A DNA stretch of 64,000 nt. It comes from an uncultured Actinomycetota bacterium (GTDB lineage Bacteria > Actinomycetota > UBA4738). Location: contig CAVYRK010000007.1 in the NCBI GenBank assembly GCA_963770955.1, positions 10,799 to 74,798 of the forward strand, in the 5' to 3' direction. The notes beneath the pieces are model-generated. The model had not been told where the DNA came from. It ran no database searches and was given only the letters and a program-made list of their open reading frames with translations. Every line of letters begins with the position of its first letter. Positions within the stretch are counted from its first letter, which is position 1. This document shows positions 1 to 7,690 of the stretch, piece after piece. The position numbers were made by a program, and so were the translations under genes.

Positions 1-9
1 CGGGACGGG

Positions 10-243
10 TCAGCCGTCGTCTGAGCCGGAGACCAGCTCGGCGAGCGCCCCGGCGTCCACGGTCAGCTCGAAGGCCTCCCTGCCGGCCACCTCGATGACG
101 GGGATGCGGATGCCGTAGCGCAGCTCCAGGTCGTCGTCGCCGTCGATGAAGACCTCCTCGAACTCGAGCGGGGTGGACCGGGCGACGGCCTCCACGACCT
201 CCCGAGCCTCGTCGCACAGCCCGCACCGCCTGCGCGAGTACAT
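10..243 (-). CDS. glutaredoxin-like small redox protein (CxxC)
   Basis: C-terminal 77 aa of track ORF 10..402(-), with ATG at 241-243. MYSRRRCGLCDEA... carries a CGLC motif and a glutaredoxin-2/DUF836-like layout. The upstream part of the ORF is R/P/A-rich filler. Confidence 0.7.
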   Translation of the reverse strand: MYSRRRCGLCDEAREVVEAVARSTPLEFEEVFIDGDDDLELRYGIRIPVIEVAGREAFELTVDAGALAELVSGSDDG

Positions 244-299
244 CCGGACCGTGGGTGGCACGATTTCAATCGTAGCGGCCGATCTGGTAGGAAGGTCGA

Positions 300-872
300 A
301 TGGAGGAACGGGAGGTCGACGCCAGGGACGCGGAGCTCCAGCGGCGCGTGGCGATGGGCGAGCGCGGGCCGTTCGAGGAGCTGTACCGCCTGTACTCGGC
401 ACCCGCGTACGGCCTCGCCCAGCGGGTGACCGGGCACGACCTACTGGCCCAGGAGGTCGTCCACGACGCCTTCATGGCGCTGTGGAGCGCGCCGGAGGCG
501 TTCGACCCGACTCGCGGCAGCTTCCGCTCCTTCTTCCTGTCGCTGGTCCACCACCGGGCGGTGGACACGGTTCGCCGGGAGGACCGGCTCCGGCGCCGAT
601 CGGCCCGAGTGAACCCCGAGCCCCTCGAGGACGAAGACGTAGCGGACGTCGTGACCAACGACGACTGGATTGCCACCCGCCGAGACGACGTGCTCCGGGC
701 CCTGCGCAGGCTTCCCCCGGAGCAGCGGGAGGTGCTGGAGTTGGCATACTTTTCGGGCATGACACAGGCGCGCATCGCGGAGCTGAGCGGTCTTCCGCTC
801 GGGACCGTCAAGACCCGGACCCTGGCGGCGATGCGCAAGCTGCGAGCGATGCTCGAAGGCGAGGGTGAATGA
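300..872 (+). CDS. ECF-type RNA polymerase sigma-70 family factor
   Basis: 190 aa. Region 2 (FEELYRLY...HDAFMALW) and region 4 (LPPEQREVLELAYFSGMTQARIAELSGLPLGTVKTR) are recognisable. GGAAGG lies 5 nt before the ATG. Confidence 0.9.
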   Translation: MEEREVDARDAELQRRVAMGERGPFEELYRLYSAPAYGLAQRVTGHDLLAQEVVHDAFMALWSAPEAFDPTRGSFRSFFLSLVHHRAVDTVRREDRLRRRSARVNPEPLEDEDVADVVTNDDWIATRRDDVLRALRRLPPEQREVLELAYFSGMTQARIAELSGLPLGTVKTRTLAAMRKLRAMLEGEGE

Positions 873-1591
873 GGGGAGATCACGAGCGGGCCCAGGAGCT
901 CCTGGCAGGCGAAGCGCTCCACGCGCTGACGGACGCCGACCGCCGTGAGGCTGCCCGCCTTCTGTCGACGCACGTTCCCGGGTGCGAGCTCTGCCGGCTG
1001 ACGCAGGAGAGCTTCGCCACCGTCGCCGGCGACCTGGCGCTCGCCCCCCGATGGATCGACCCGCCCCGCATCCTGCTGGCCCGCCTCCGGCGGTACCGCA
1101 GGGGACGGTGGGGCAGCCGCAGCCCGGCTCGGCTGACGGCCGCGGTCGTGGCGCTGGCTCTGGTCGGCGGCCTCGCGGCATGGAACACGCACCTGGTGGC
1201 ACAGGTCGCCCGCGCGGAGCGGGCGAGGGCGCTGGAGGGGGAGGTCATCGCCACGGTGACCCAGCCGCAGTCTCAGGTGGTCCCGCTGACCGCGTCGGGG
1301 ACCGGCGTCGCGGGCTCGAAGGTGGTGGCCGCGTTCGTTCCGGGGAAGAGCCGGCTCTACCTGTTCGGCTCACTCCCCCCGCTCCCCCATCACCGCGTCT
1401 ACCAGGTCTGGCTGAAGCACGGAGGGACCTACTCGAGCGGGGGCACGTTCCGCCCCGAGGCCGGCAGCGTCTACGTTCGAGTGGAGGCCGACCCGGCCAA
1501 GGTCGACGCCGTGGTGGTCACCGAGGAGCCCCAGGGGGGTCGACGCTCGGCCCCGCACCAGGGGCAGGGAGTGCTCACGGGCGACCTCTAA
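869..1591 (+). CDS. anti-sigma factor, ZAS motif plus RskA-like extracytoplasmic domain
   Basis: ATGA overlap with the sigma gene. It has an H-x3-C-x2-C motif (HVPGCELC), one TM segment (AAVVALALVGGLAAW) and a C-terminal VYQVWL...VVVTEEP pattern typical of anti-sigma-K RskA domains. Confidence 0.8.
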   Translation: MRGDHERAQELLAGEALHALTDADRREAARLLSTHVPGCELCRLTQESFATVAGDLALAPRWIDPPRILLARLRRYRRGRWGSRSPARLTAAVVALALVGGLAAWNTHLVAQVARAERARALEGEVIATVTQPQSQVVPLTASGTGVAGSKVVAAFVPGKSRLYLFGSLPPLPHHRVYQVWLKHGGTYSSGGTFRPEAGSVYVRVEADPAKVDAVVVTEEPQGGRRSAPHQGQGVLTGDL

Positions 1592-1742
1592 GGAGTGGGC
1601 ACGGCGCACATGCGCCCGGAGAAAATTCTTTGGGAAACGCCTGAACTTTCCCCGCGCCTATGTCGAAATAGATGAGGAGAAGCATCCCCCTTCTCTGCAA
1701 GGCCGGACGAGCGCCGGGCGACAAAGCCCGACGCTTCCTTGG

Positions 1743-1779
1743 AGGAGGCCCCACCCCCTGGGGCCTCCTCTTTCTTTCT
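1743..1779 (+). terminator. intrinsic terminator (11-bp GC stem, C5 loop, T-rich tail)
   Basis: AGGAGGCCCCA-CCCCC-TGGGGCCTCCT followed by CTTTCTTTCT. The T tract is on the plus strand only. It lies about 150 nt after the anti-sigma stop. Confidence 0.6.
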
Positions 1780-1859
1780 GATCACGATCCGCCGCCCAGG
1801 GGACGATTCCTGGACGCGTCGGCGCGGTGCCGCGCATGGCGCAACGACCTGACCGGTGG

Positions 1860-2618
1860 TCAGTTCACCGCTCGCTCCGCCGGACGCGTCGCCGGCCGCC
1901 CCGTCATCTGGAAGCCGACGTACATCACGGCGACGCCGGCCGCCAGGCTGACCGAGAACAGCGGGACGATGTCGAAGCCGGCCCCGACGCCCGAGCCGAT
2001 GGCAACGATGGTCGCCCCTACCGCGATCACGATCGCGCCGCCCGTCTGGTTCCGGAGCTCCGGACGCCCGCGCATCCGCCATGCCGACCAGACCACGCCG
2101 CCCAACAGCAGGAAGTAAGCCGGAAACGCGTACAGCTGGGAGAGGCGGTACGGCGCGCTCCCGTCGCCGAAGACGTCTTTCCCCAGCGGCAGGGCCGTGC
2201 CGAGCGCCGCCGTCGAGATCGGCGCGCCGGCCACCTTCCAGGCGGCGAAGGCGGTGCCCACCAGCAGCAGCACGAACAGCGCGTGGGCGATCGTGCGCCG
2301 GCGCGCCAGCAGGTACACCTCTCCCATCGCGAGGTACGGCACGTTCAGGATGGCGCCGAACAGCCAGTAGACGCGGTACTCGGCCCCGCTCCAGCCGTCG
2401 ATGACTCCGAGGAACATCGCGAGCGACGCCGCGGCGAACATGGCGAGCGCGATCGCCCAGAGGCCCATCGCCGGGCGGCGCCGGGCCACGTATCGCCGTC
2501 CGAGCGAGGCCGCGAACACCGCAGCGACGACGGCCGCCACCAGCGGGAAGATCGCGATCCCCCAGCCGTGCCCGGCATCGGCCAGCCGCGCCGCGGCGGG
2601 TCCCAACGATGCGATCAC
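1860..2618 (-). CDS. polytopic membrane protein, unknown function
   Basis: C-terminal 252 aa of track ORF 1860..3083(-), very hydrophobic with about 7 TM segments. The GTG at 2616-2618 overlaps the upstream stop (GTGA). Confidence 0.6.
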   Translation of the reverse strand: MIASLGPAAARLADAGHGWGIAIFPLVAAVVAAVFAASLGRRYVARRRPAMGLWAIALAMFAAASLAMFLGVIDGWSGAEYRVYWLFGAILNVPYLAMGEVYLLARRRTIAHALFVLLLVGTAFAAWKVAGAPISTAALGTALPLGKDVFGDGSAPYRLSQLYAFPAYFLLLGGVVWSAWRMRGRPELRNQTGGAIVIAVGATIVAIGSGVGAGFDIVPLFSVSLAAGVAVMYVGFQMTGRPATRPAERAVN

Positions 2619-3616
2619 GCGCGGATGGCCTCCCGCTCGACCGCCGAACGCTCGACGGCCGCCGCCGGGGTCCGGCCTGCCCATTCCGCGTGCGCGAGGC
2701 CGTGGGACTCGAGGACGGCCACCTCGTCGAACCCACCCGGCCTGCGTTCGAAGAGCGCCAAGCGGCAGGAGGCCATCGTCGTGTGGTGCGTGTACCGGTC
2801 GGTGCCGTCCGGATCCTCGAGGCGCGTGCGGACCAGCGCAACGGCCGGGGCCTCGATCCGGCCCGTCAGACGGAAGCGCCGGTCGGCCACATCGATGTGC
2901 CAATAGCCCAGCGAGAAGTCCCGCTGCGGCCGCAGCCTGGTGAACCGAAACCATCTCCCCTGCCGGCGCACGGAGACCGTCGTGAGGAACGGCGTGAGGT
3001 ACCGACCCCGCCGCACTTGACCCGTGAACGCTTCGAACACCGCGTCCTCGTCCTCGAACGACGCGCACCTGGCCCAGGCCCACCGCTCCGGTCGCCGTGG
3101 CCCGTAGGCGTGGAACTGCGAGCCCGGAACGCGGTCCAGTGCCAGCTCCTCGCCGTCGATTGCCACCACGCCCGAGACCGGCACGTGCGCGTTCGGTGCC
3201 GCCAGCGCCGCCGCGCCCAGCGGACCCTTCGTCGCCATGTGGGGCAGCAGCTGGTTCGTCGCGCCCCCCGTGGGGAACGTCAGGTCGAACCGTGCGTCCC
3301 GCCCGCCGCCGCCGACCGTTCCACGAACGAAGCCGGGGCCGATCTCGACGTCACCCGTGCGCAGGTAGCGGTCGGGGCCGCCGAGGGTGAACCCGTCGCC
3401 CGGATGGCGCTCCTGGACCCCGAACGTGCGCTCGGGGTTGGCCGGATGGAAGGCGGCGATCGCGGCCGTGCCCCACGCAGCGCCCTGCCGGGGCGCGACG
3501 AGCCCGGCCCGGATCCAGACGCCCTGCCCGGAGACGGGCTCGGTCAGCGTGAGGTGCCAGGTCTCGAACCCACCGGGTCTCCCTCCCCACCGAGGCAGGT
3601 TGTCGGTCTCGGCCAT
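2615..3616 (-). CDS. hypothetical protein
   Basis: Track ORF 2615..3688(-) trimmed to the ATG at 3614-3616 (MAETDNLPRW...). Composition is protein-like and non-repetitive. I recognise no family. Confidence 0.55.
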   Translation of the reverse strand: MAETDNLPRWGGRPGGFETWHLTLTEPVSGQGVWIRAGLVAPRQGAAWGTAAIAAFHPANPERTFGVQERHPGDGFTLGGPDRYLRTGDVEIGPGFVRGTVGGGGRDARFDLTFPTGGATNQLLPHMATKGPLGAAALAAPNAHVPVSGVVAIDGEELALDRVPGSQFHAYGPRRPERWAWARCASFEDEDAVFEAFTGQVRRGRYLTPFLTTVSVRRQGRWFRFTRLRPQRDFSLGYWHIDVADRRFRLTGRIEAPAVALVRTRLEDPDGTDRYTHHTTMASCRLALFERRPGGFDEVAVLESHGLAHAEWAGRTPAAAVERSAVEREAIRA

Positions 3617-3672
3617 GCGGCGGCAAGGATACCCGGCCGTAGAATGGCCGCGGCCCAGGGGCCACCACCGCA

Positions 3673-4498
3673 GTGAATACAGGTCCAACGCTCCTCTTCT
3701 CGACGGCGCCGTTCTTCCGGCAGCCGCTCAGGCAGGCGTTTCGCGCCATCGCGGACGCCGGCTTCGACGCGGTCGAGGTGATGGTGACGCAGGACCCGGC
3801 GACCCAGGAACCCGACCGCCTGACCGCGCTCGCCGACGAGTTCGGGTTGAGGGTCGCCGCCATCCACGCCCCGTTCCTGCTCGTGACCCGGCGCGTGTGG
3901 GGAACCGATCCCGTGGAGAAGATCGACCGGGCGGTCCACCTGGCCGGCGAGGTCGGCGCGCACGTGGTGGTGGTCCATCCTCCCTACCGGTGGCAGCGGG
4001 ACTACCGCCGATGGATCGCAGAGGACCTGCGGAGCGTGTCCGAGGAGTCGGGCATCGTCGTCGCGGTCGAGAACATGTTCCCGCTCCGCCTGCCGCGGGG
4101 CGCCGTCCATGCGCTTCCATTCGGAGCATGCGCGGGCCGATCGCGAGAAGACGCCGTACCTGGTGCTGGACACGAGCCACGCGGCCGTCGCCGGTCAGGA
4201 CATCCGTCGGGCGCTGGCACGCGACCGCGACCGCATCCGCCACATCCATCTGTCGAACAACGCCGGGCGCGGATGGGACTCGCACCTGCCGGTCGGGCGG
4301 GACGGCGTGCTGCCCATCGACGCGTTCCTCGCCGACCTCACCGACGGCTACCGCGGAGCGGTGGCGCTGGAGCTGGACCTCCGTCCCTGGATGAAGGATC
4401 CGACCGCGCTCCGCGACCTGCTCGTGCAGCAGCGCGAGTTCTGCGGACGCCGTCTGAGCAACGGCGGCCGCGGGCACGAAGCCGAATCGGGGAGCTGA
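3673..4498 (+). pseudogene. sugar phosphate isomerase/epimerase (xylose isomerase-like TIM barrel), one frameshift
   Basis: The N-terminal half is in frame 1 (3673..., FDAVEV...HAPF...VVVHPP...VAVENMFP). The C-terminal half is in frame 2 (track ORF 4109..4498, LVLDTSHAAV...HIHLSNN...ALELD). The junction is near the G run and CC at 4097-4108. Confidence 0.75.
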
Positions 4499-4504
4499 CG
4501 CGAG

Positions 4505-4660
4505 GTGCGCCGCGGGACGTTGATCACGATCGTGCTGCTGTTCGTGCTGTTGATCGTCGCCGCCGTCTATCAGGGTGTCGTCGCGAACGGGCCGCGGCGC
4601 TATCCCGGACCGGGATTCACGACCACGCCGCCCGCCTCGGTCACGCCTTCGGCGCCGTAG
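4505..4660 (+). CDS. possible 51-aa single-TM peptide
   Basis: Not in the track because it is under 60 aa. GTG at 4505 lies about 10 nt after GGGGAG. Translation is VRRGTLITIVLLFVLLIVAAVYQGVVANGPRRYPGPGFTTTPPASVTPSAP*. Its 3' end overlaps the convergent MarR gene by 20 nt. Confidence 0.3.
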   Translation: MRRGTLITIVLLFVLLIVAAVYQGVVANGPRRYPGPGFTTTPPASVTPSAP

Positions 4661-5195
4661 CCTCCGTGTCGTGCGGGCGCCGCGGCGGGGGACCCAGCCG
4701 CTCCTCGAAGCTTCGCGTCACGCGGCGAAGGAGATCGTTGAGCTCCTTGCGCTCGCCCGGCGACAGCGGCTCGAGCAGGTCGAACTCCCGGGCCGCCTCC
4801 GCGCCGACCGCGCGGTCGATCACCTTGCGGCCCTTGGGGGTCAGGATGACCAGCACGGAGCGCCGATCGGAGGGGTCGCTTCCACGGCGGATGAGCCCGT
4901 CCGTCTCCAGGCGGTCGAGGAGGTTGGTCATCCCGCCCGAGGACATGACCATCGACCGGGAGAGATCGCCGGCCGACACGCCGTCCTCCGCCCCCTCGGA
5001 ACGCAGGTGCAGGAGGAGCTTGTACTCGGGGTGGACGAGCCCGTAGCCGGCGATCGTGTCCTCGAGGGTGTTCACGAAGTACTTGTGCAGCTTGCAGACC
5101 CGGTCGACGATGCCCTCGACGTCCGCGTCGATCTCCGGGTACCGGCGGAGGAACCCGGTGATGTGCCGGTCGACGGAGTCACGCTCATCTCTCAT
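4641..5195 (-). CDS. MarR family transcriptional regulator
   Basis: Winged-helix core (GVSAGDLSRSMVMSSGGMTNLLDRLETDGLIRRGSDPSDRRSVLVILTPKGR). The start is uncertain: ATG at 5195, 5204 or 5207. Confidence 0.85.
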   Translation of the reverse strand: MRDERDSVDRHITGFLRRYPEIDADVEGIVDRVCKLHKYFVNTLEDTIAGYGLVHPEYKLLLHLRSEGAEDGVSAGDLSRSMVMSSGGMTNLLDRLETDGLIRRGSDPSDRRSVLVILTPKGRKVIDRAVGAEAAREFDLLEPLSPGERKELNDLLRRVTRSFEERLGPPPRRPHDTEATAPKA

Positions 5196-5215
5196 GGCAC
5201 CCATCATACATCTTC

Positions 5216-5234
5216 GTGTCAAGTATCTTGACAC
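5216..5234. promoter_or_regulatory. perfect palindrome GTGTCAAG-TAT-CTTGACAC, candidate MarR operator
   Basis: It sits in the AT-richer divergent intergenic region 5196-5294. A degenerate second copy of the half-sites (TCTTGCCAG...GCGTCAAGAT) lies at about 5241-5267. Confidence 0.45.
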
Positions 5235-5294
5235 AAAGTCTCTTGCCAGATATCTTTGCGTCAAGATTTCAGGGATCGAGAGAGGAGGTGCGCA

Positions 5295-5516
5295 ATGCTT
5301 CGCCCGTTCAGCCCGGAAGAGGGACGTGTTCGAGAGATGGAGATCCGTGCCGCGGTGGCCAGGGCCGTCCGAGACCGGAGGGCCGGCGGTGCGCCCTCAC
5401 GGTCGCCCGGTGGCCTCGCGATCGCGCTCGCGGCGAGGCTCCGGCGTCTGGCCGACCGACTCGACGCGGGGCCGGCGTCCGAGCCCTCATCGGCGCGCGG
5501 CGTGGCCACTCCATGA
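5295..5516 (+). CDS. hypothetical small protein (73 aa)
   Basis: Part of track ORF 5256..5516. The ATG at 5295 is preceded by a strong AGAGGAGG site. The gene is divergent from MarR. The sequence is R/A-rich, so it is uncertain. Confidence 0.4.
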   Translation: MLRPFSPEEGRVREMEIRAAVARAVRDRRAGGAPSRSPGGLAIALAARLRRLADRLDAGPASEPSSARGVATP

Positions 5517-5531
5517 CCCACCTCGAGCCGA

Positions 5532-6350
5532 TCAGGCCCCAGGGTTCCTGATCTCGATCGTGTCTCCCGGGGCGACGCGGAGCTCCCCCGCCGCGTCGCC
5601 CCGGTTGCACGAGAGCGCCAGCCGGCCCGACGAATCGACCAGGAGGAGCAGCTCGCCCTCCCCCACCTCGCCGTAGGTCCCCGCACGCCGGACCGCTCGT
5701 GTGCCCGAACCCGTTCGGACGACGACGGTCCCCGCATCCTCCATCCCGGCGGCCGCGAGATCGGCGCCGTCGGCCCCCAGCTGCGCGTTGCCGAAGAGGT
5801 CGACGCCGAGGACGACCGCCGTCAGCGACCCCGGCGCCGCCGCCGGCTGGGGCGCCTCGATGCGCACCAGCGTCCCCGGATCCAGGGCGTCGCCCAGCGA
5901 CCCGAGGTCGCCTCCCTCCGCCAGGTGCGCCGCGGCGGGCGCGAAGACGTCCCGGCCGTGGAACGTGGAGGACGTCGGCCGGAGCACCACGTCCGGCGAC
6001 GTGATCTCCGCTGCCCGCGCGACGTCGCCCAGGAGGGGCCAGGCCAGCGACAGCAGGCCGTTGTCGGGACCGACCAGGAGGCGCCCCGTGCCCGACCGGA
6101 CCGCCACGGCTCGCCGGGCGCCTCCGACGCCCGGGTCGACGACCGCGAGCAGGACCGCGGCCTCGGGCAGGTAGGCGAGGGCAGCCGCCAGCGTGAGCGC
6201 GCCCCGGAGCACGTCGCCGCGGGGGATGCCGTGCGTGAGGTCGATCACCCGCGCGACGGGCGCGCGGCGGGCGATGACGGCGTGGCAGGTGCCGACGAAC
6301 TCGTCCTGAAGGCCGAAGTCCGAGAGGAAGACGATCGGCGCGGCCGCCAC
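5532..6350 (-). CDS. SAM hydrolase / SAM-dependent halogenase family protein (DUF62)
   Basis: 272 aa. N-terminal IVFLSDFGLQDEFVG.CHAV, then VDPGVG and HGRDVFAP, match the S-adenosyl-L-methionine hydroxide adenosyltransferase family pattern. Confidence 0.85.
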   Translation of the reverse strand: MAAAPIVFLSDFGLQDEFVGTCHAVIARRAPVARVIDLTHGIPRGDVLRGALTLAAALAYLPEAAVLLAVVDPGVGGARRAVAVRSGTGRLLVGPDNGLLSLAWPLLGDVARAAEITSPDVVLRPTSSTFHGRDVFAPAAAHLAEGGDLGSLGDALDPGTLVRIEAPQPAAAPGSLTAVVLGVDLFGNAQLGADGADLAAAGMEDAGTVVVRTGSGTRAVRRAGTYGEVGEGELLLLVDSSGRLALSCNRGDAAGELRVAPGDTIEIRNPGA

Positions 6351-6372
6351 GGGGGGCGCCCTCCGGTGCGGG

Positions 6373-6474
6373 CTACTTCCCCTGCTGGCGCCGCTGCCAG
6401 CGGGTCTTCTTCAGAAGCTTCTTGTGCTTCTTCTTCCGCATCTTCTTGCGGCGCTTCTTGACGACCGACGGCAA
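6373..6474 (-). CDS. 30S ribosomal protein bS22 (33 aa)
   Basis: Not in the track. TTG start, translation LPSVVKKRRKKMRKKKHKKLLKKTRWQRRQQGK*. It closely resembles mycobacterial bS22 ([33 protein letters not shown], from memory). GGAACGAGG lies upstream. Confidence 0.75.
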   Translation of the reverse strand: MPSVVKKRRKKMRKKKHKKLLKKTRWQRRQQGK

Positions 6475-6549
6475 GCCTCGTTCCTTTCGGCGCTCGATGG
6501 ATCGGGTCCCCGCCGGCGACCCCAGGCCGCCGGTGAGGCGGCCCACAGT

Positions 6550-7440
6550 CTAGTCGGTTCCGAACAGGTTCCGCAGGTCCACGCGCCGGGTCCGGAAGTC
6601 GGGGTCGATCCGGACGGAGCCCAGCTTGAGGGCCTTGGGAGCGTCCGCCACCGGGGAGATGAGCCGGAGGACGCCCTCCTCCGGCGAGTGCTCCAGGTAC
6701 CCGATGCCCGAGTAGCTGCCCTCCCCGTCCGACGTGCCGACGAGCAGGCGATCGAGCTGGGCCTGGTCGAACAACGCCGGCAGGGCCGGCATGAAGACCG
6801 TCGGCTTCACCCGCCAGCGCTGCAGCGAGACGCCGAAGTACCGGCGCATGGCCTCTTCGCGGCGGACGGCGCGCTCCTCGACCGACGTGGAGCGCACCTC
6901 GGGCGGCACGGGAAGGGTGATCACGTCCGTGGAGAAGAACCGGCGGATGATCCCCAGGATGGGGTCGAGCTCCTCGCCTCGCTGGAGCCCGATGACCACG
7001 TCGGGCCGGAGCTGTTCGACCTTGTGGTACTTCAGGATCTGGCCGTAGACGCCGGATACCAGCCCGCTGGTGTCGACGATCACGAGGCCCGCCTCCTGCT
7101 CGAGCGCCGTGGCGAGGAGGCGTCCCGCGCCGACGACCAGCGGGAGGAGCTGACCCTGCGGGGAGGTCGCGCCCACGAAGTAGATCTCGTCGGGGTCGAG
7201 GACCGCTCCGGAATCCAGGTCGGCCTCACCGCGCAGCATCCGGAGGCCGGCACACGCCGGGGGCCCCACGGTCTTCTGCCCGAGATCGGCGTCGATGAAC
7301 GCGACGGTGTGCCCCTCCTGCATCCCCGAGCGCGCCAGGCTTCGGCCGAGCGTCGTCTTGCCCGAGTCCAGGCCACCGACCAGCATCACCACACCGCCCG
7401 ACCGGGCGATGCGATCGATCACCGACTGATAGGAGTCCAC
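6550..7440 (-). CDS. Clp1/Grc3-family P-loop protein (polynucleotide 5'-kinase-like)
   Basis: 296 aa with a GTG start after AGAAGGGAG. It has Walker A (GGLDSGKTTLGR), a DADLGQ clasp-like motif, IVDTSG, and QLRPDVVIGLQRG as in CLP1_P domains. Confidence 0.7.
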   Translation of the reverse strand: MDSYQSVIDRIARSGGVVMLVGGLDSGKTTLGRSLARSGMQEGHTVAFIDADLGQKTVGPPACAGLRMLRGEADLDSGAVLDPDEIYFVGATSPQGQLLPLVVGAGRLLATALEQEAGLVIVDTSGLVSGVYGQILKYHKVEQLRPDVVIGLQRGEELDPILGIIRRFFSTDVITLPVPPEVRSTSVEERAVRREEAMRRYFGVSLQRWRVKPTVFMPALPALFDQAQLDRLLVGTSDGEGSYSGIGYLEHSPEEGVLRLISPVADAPKALKLGSVRIDPDFRTRRVDLRNLFGTD

Positions 7441-7690
7441 GCCGCTCCCTTCTGGAGTGGCGCGCCTCGAGGGAGCCGCGCGGCCGGGAGGCCGGGGGCT
7501 TGGCGGTCACGACGGGCCGGGGCTGGCGCACCCCCTCTCGCCGGCCGTTCGCTGTGCGGTCATCCGATTCCTCTCATGCCCCGATCGCCCGGGGCCTCAC
7601 GAGTCGTTCTGCCTCTCGAGGGCGCACCCACAGGCTTGCGCCGACCGCATTGTACGTTGGACGGGCGGGTGGAGCCGGCGACGTGCGGCT

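Noticed and set aside
7441-7690. Known structured RNAs (RNase P RNA, tmRNA, SRP RNA, 6C RNA, SAM/TPP/cobalamin/glycine/c-di-AMP riboswitches) in the 250-nt gap
   Set aside because: None of the conserved cores I remember (for example GGAAAGUCCGGGC, GGGGCUGAUUCUGGAUUCGAC, CUGAGA...ACCUGAUCUGGAUAAUGCCAGCG, GCCACUG) is present on either strand. The gap is kept only as an unexplained region in findings.
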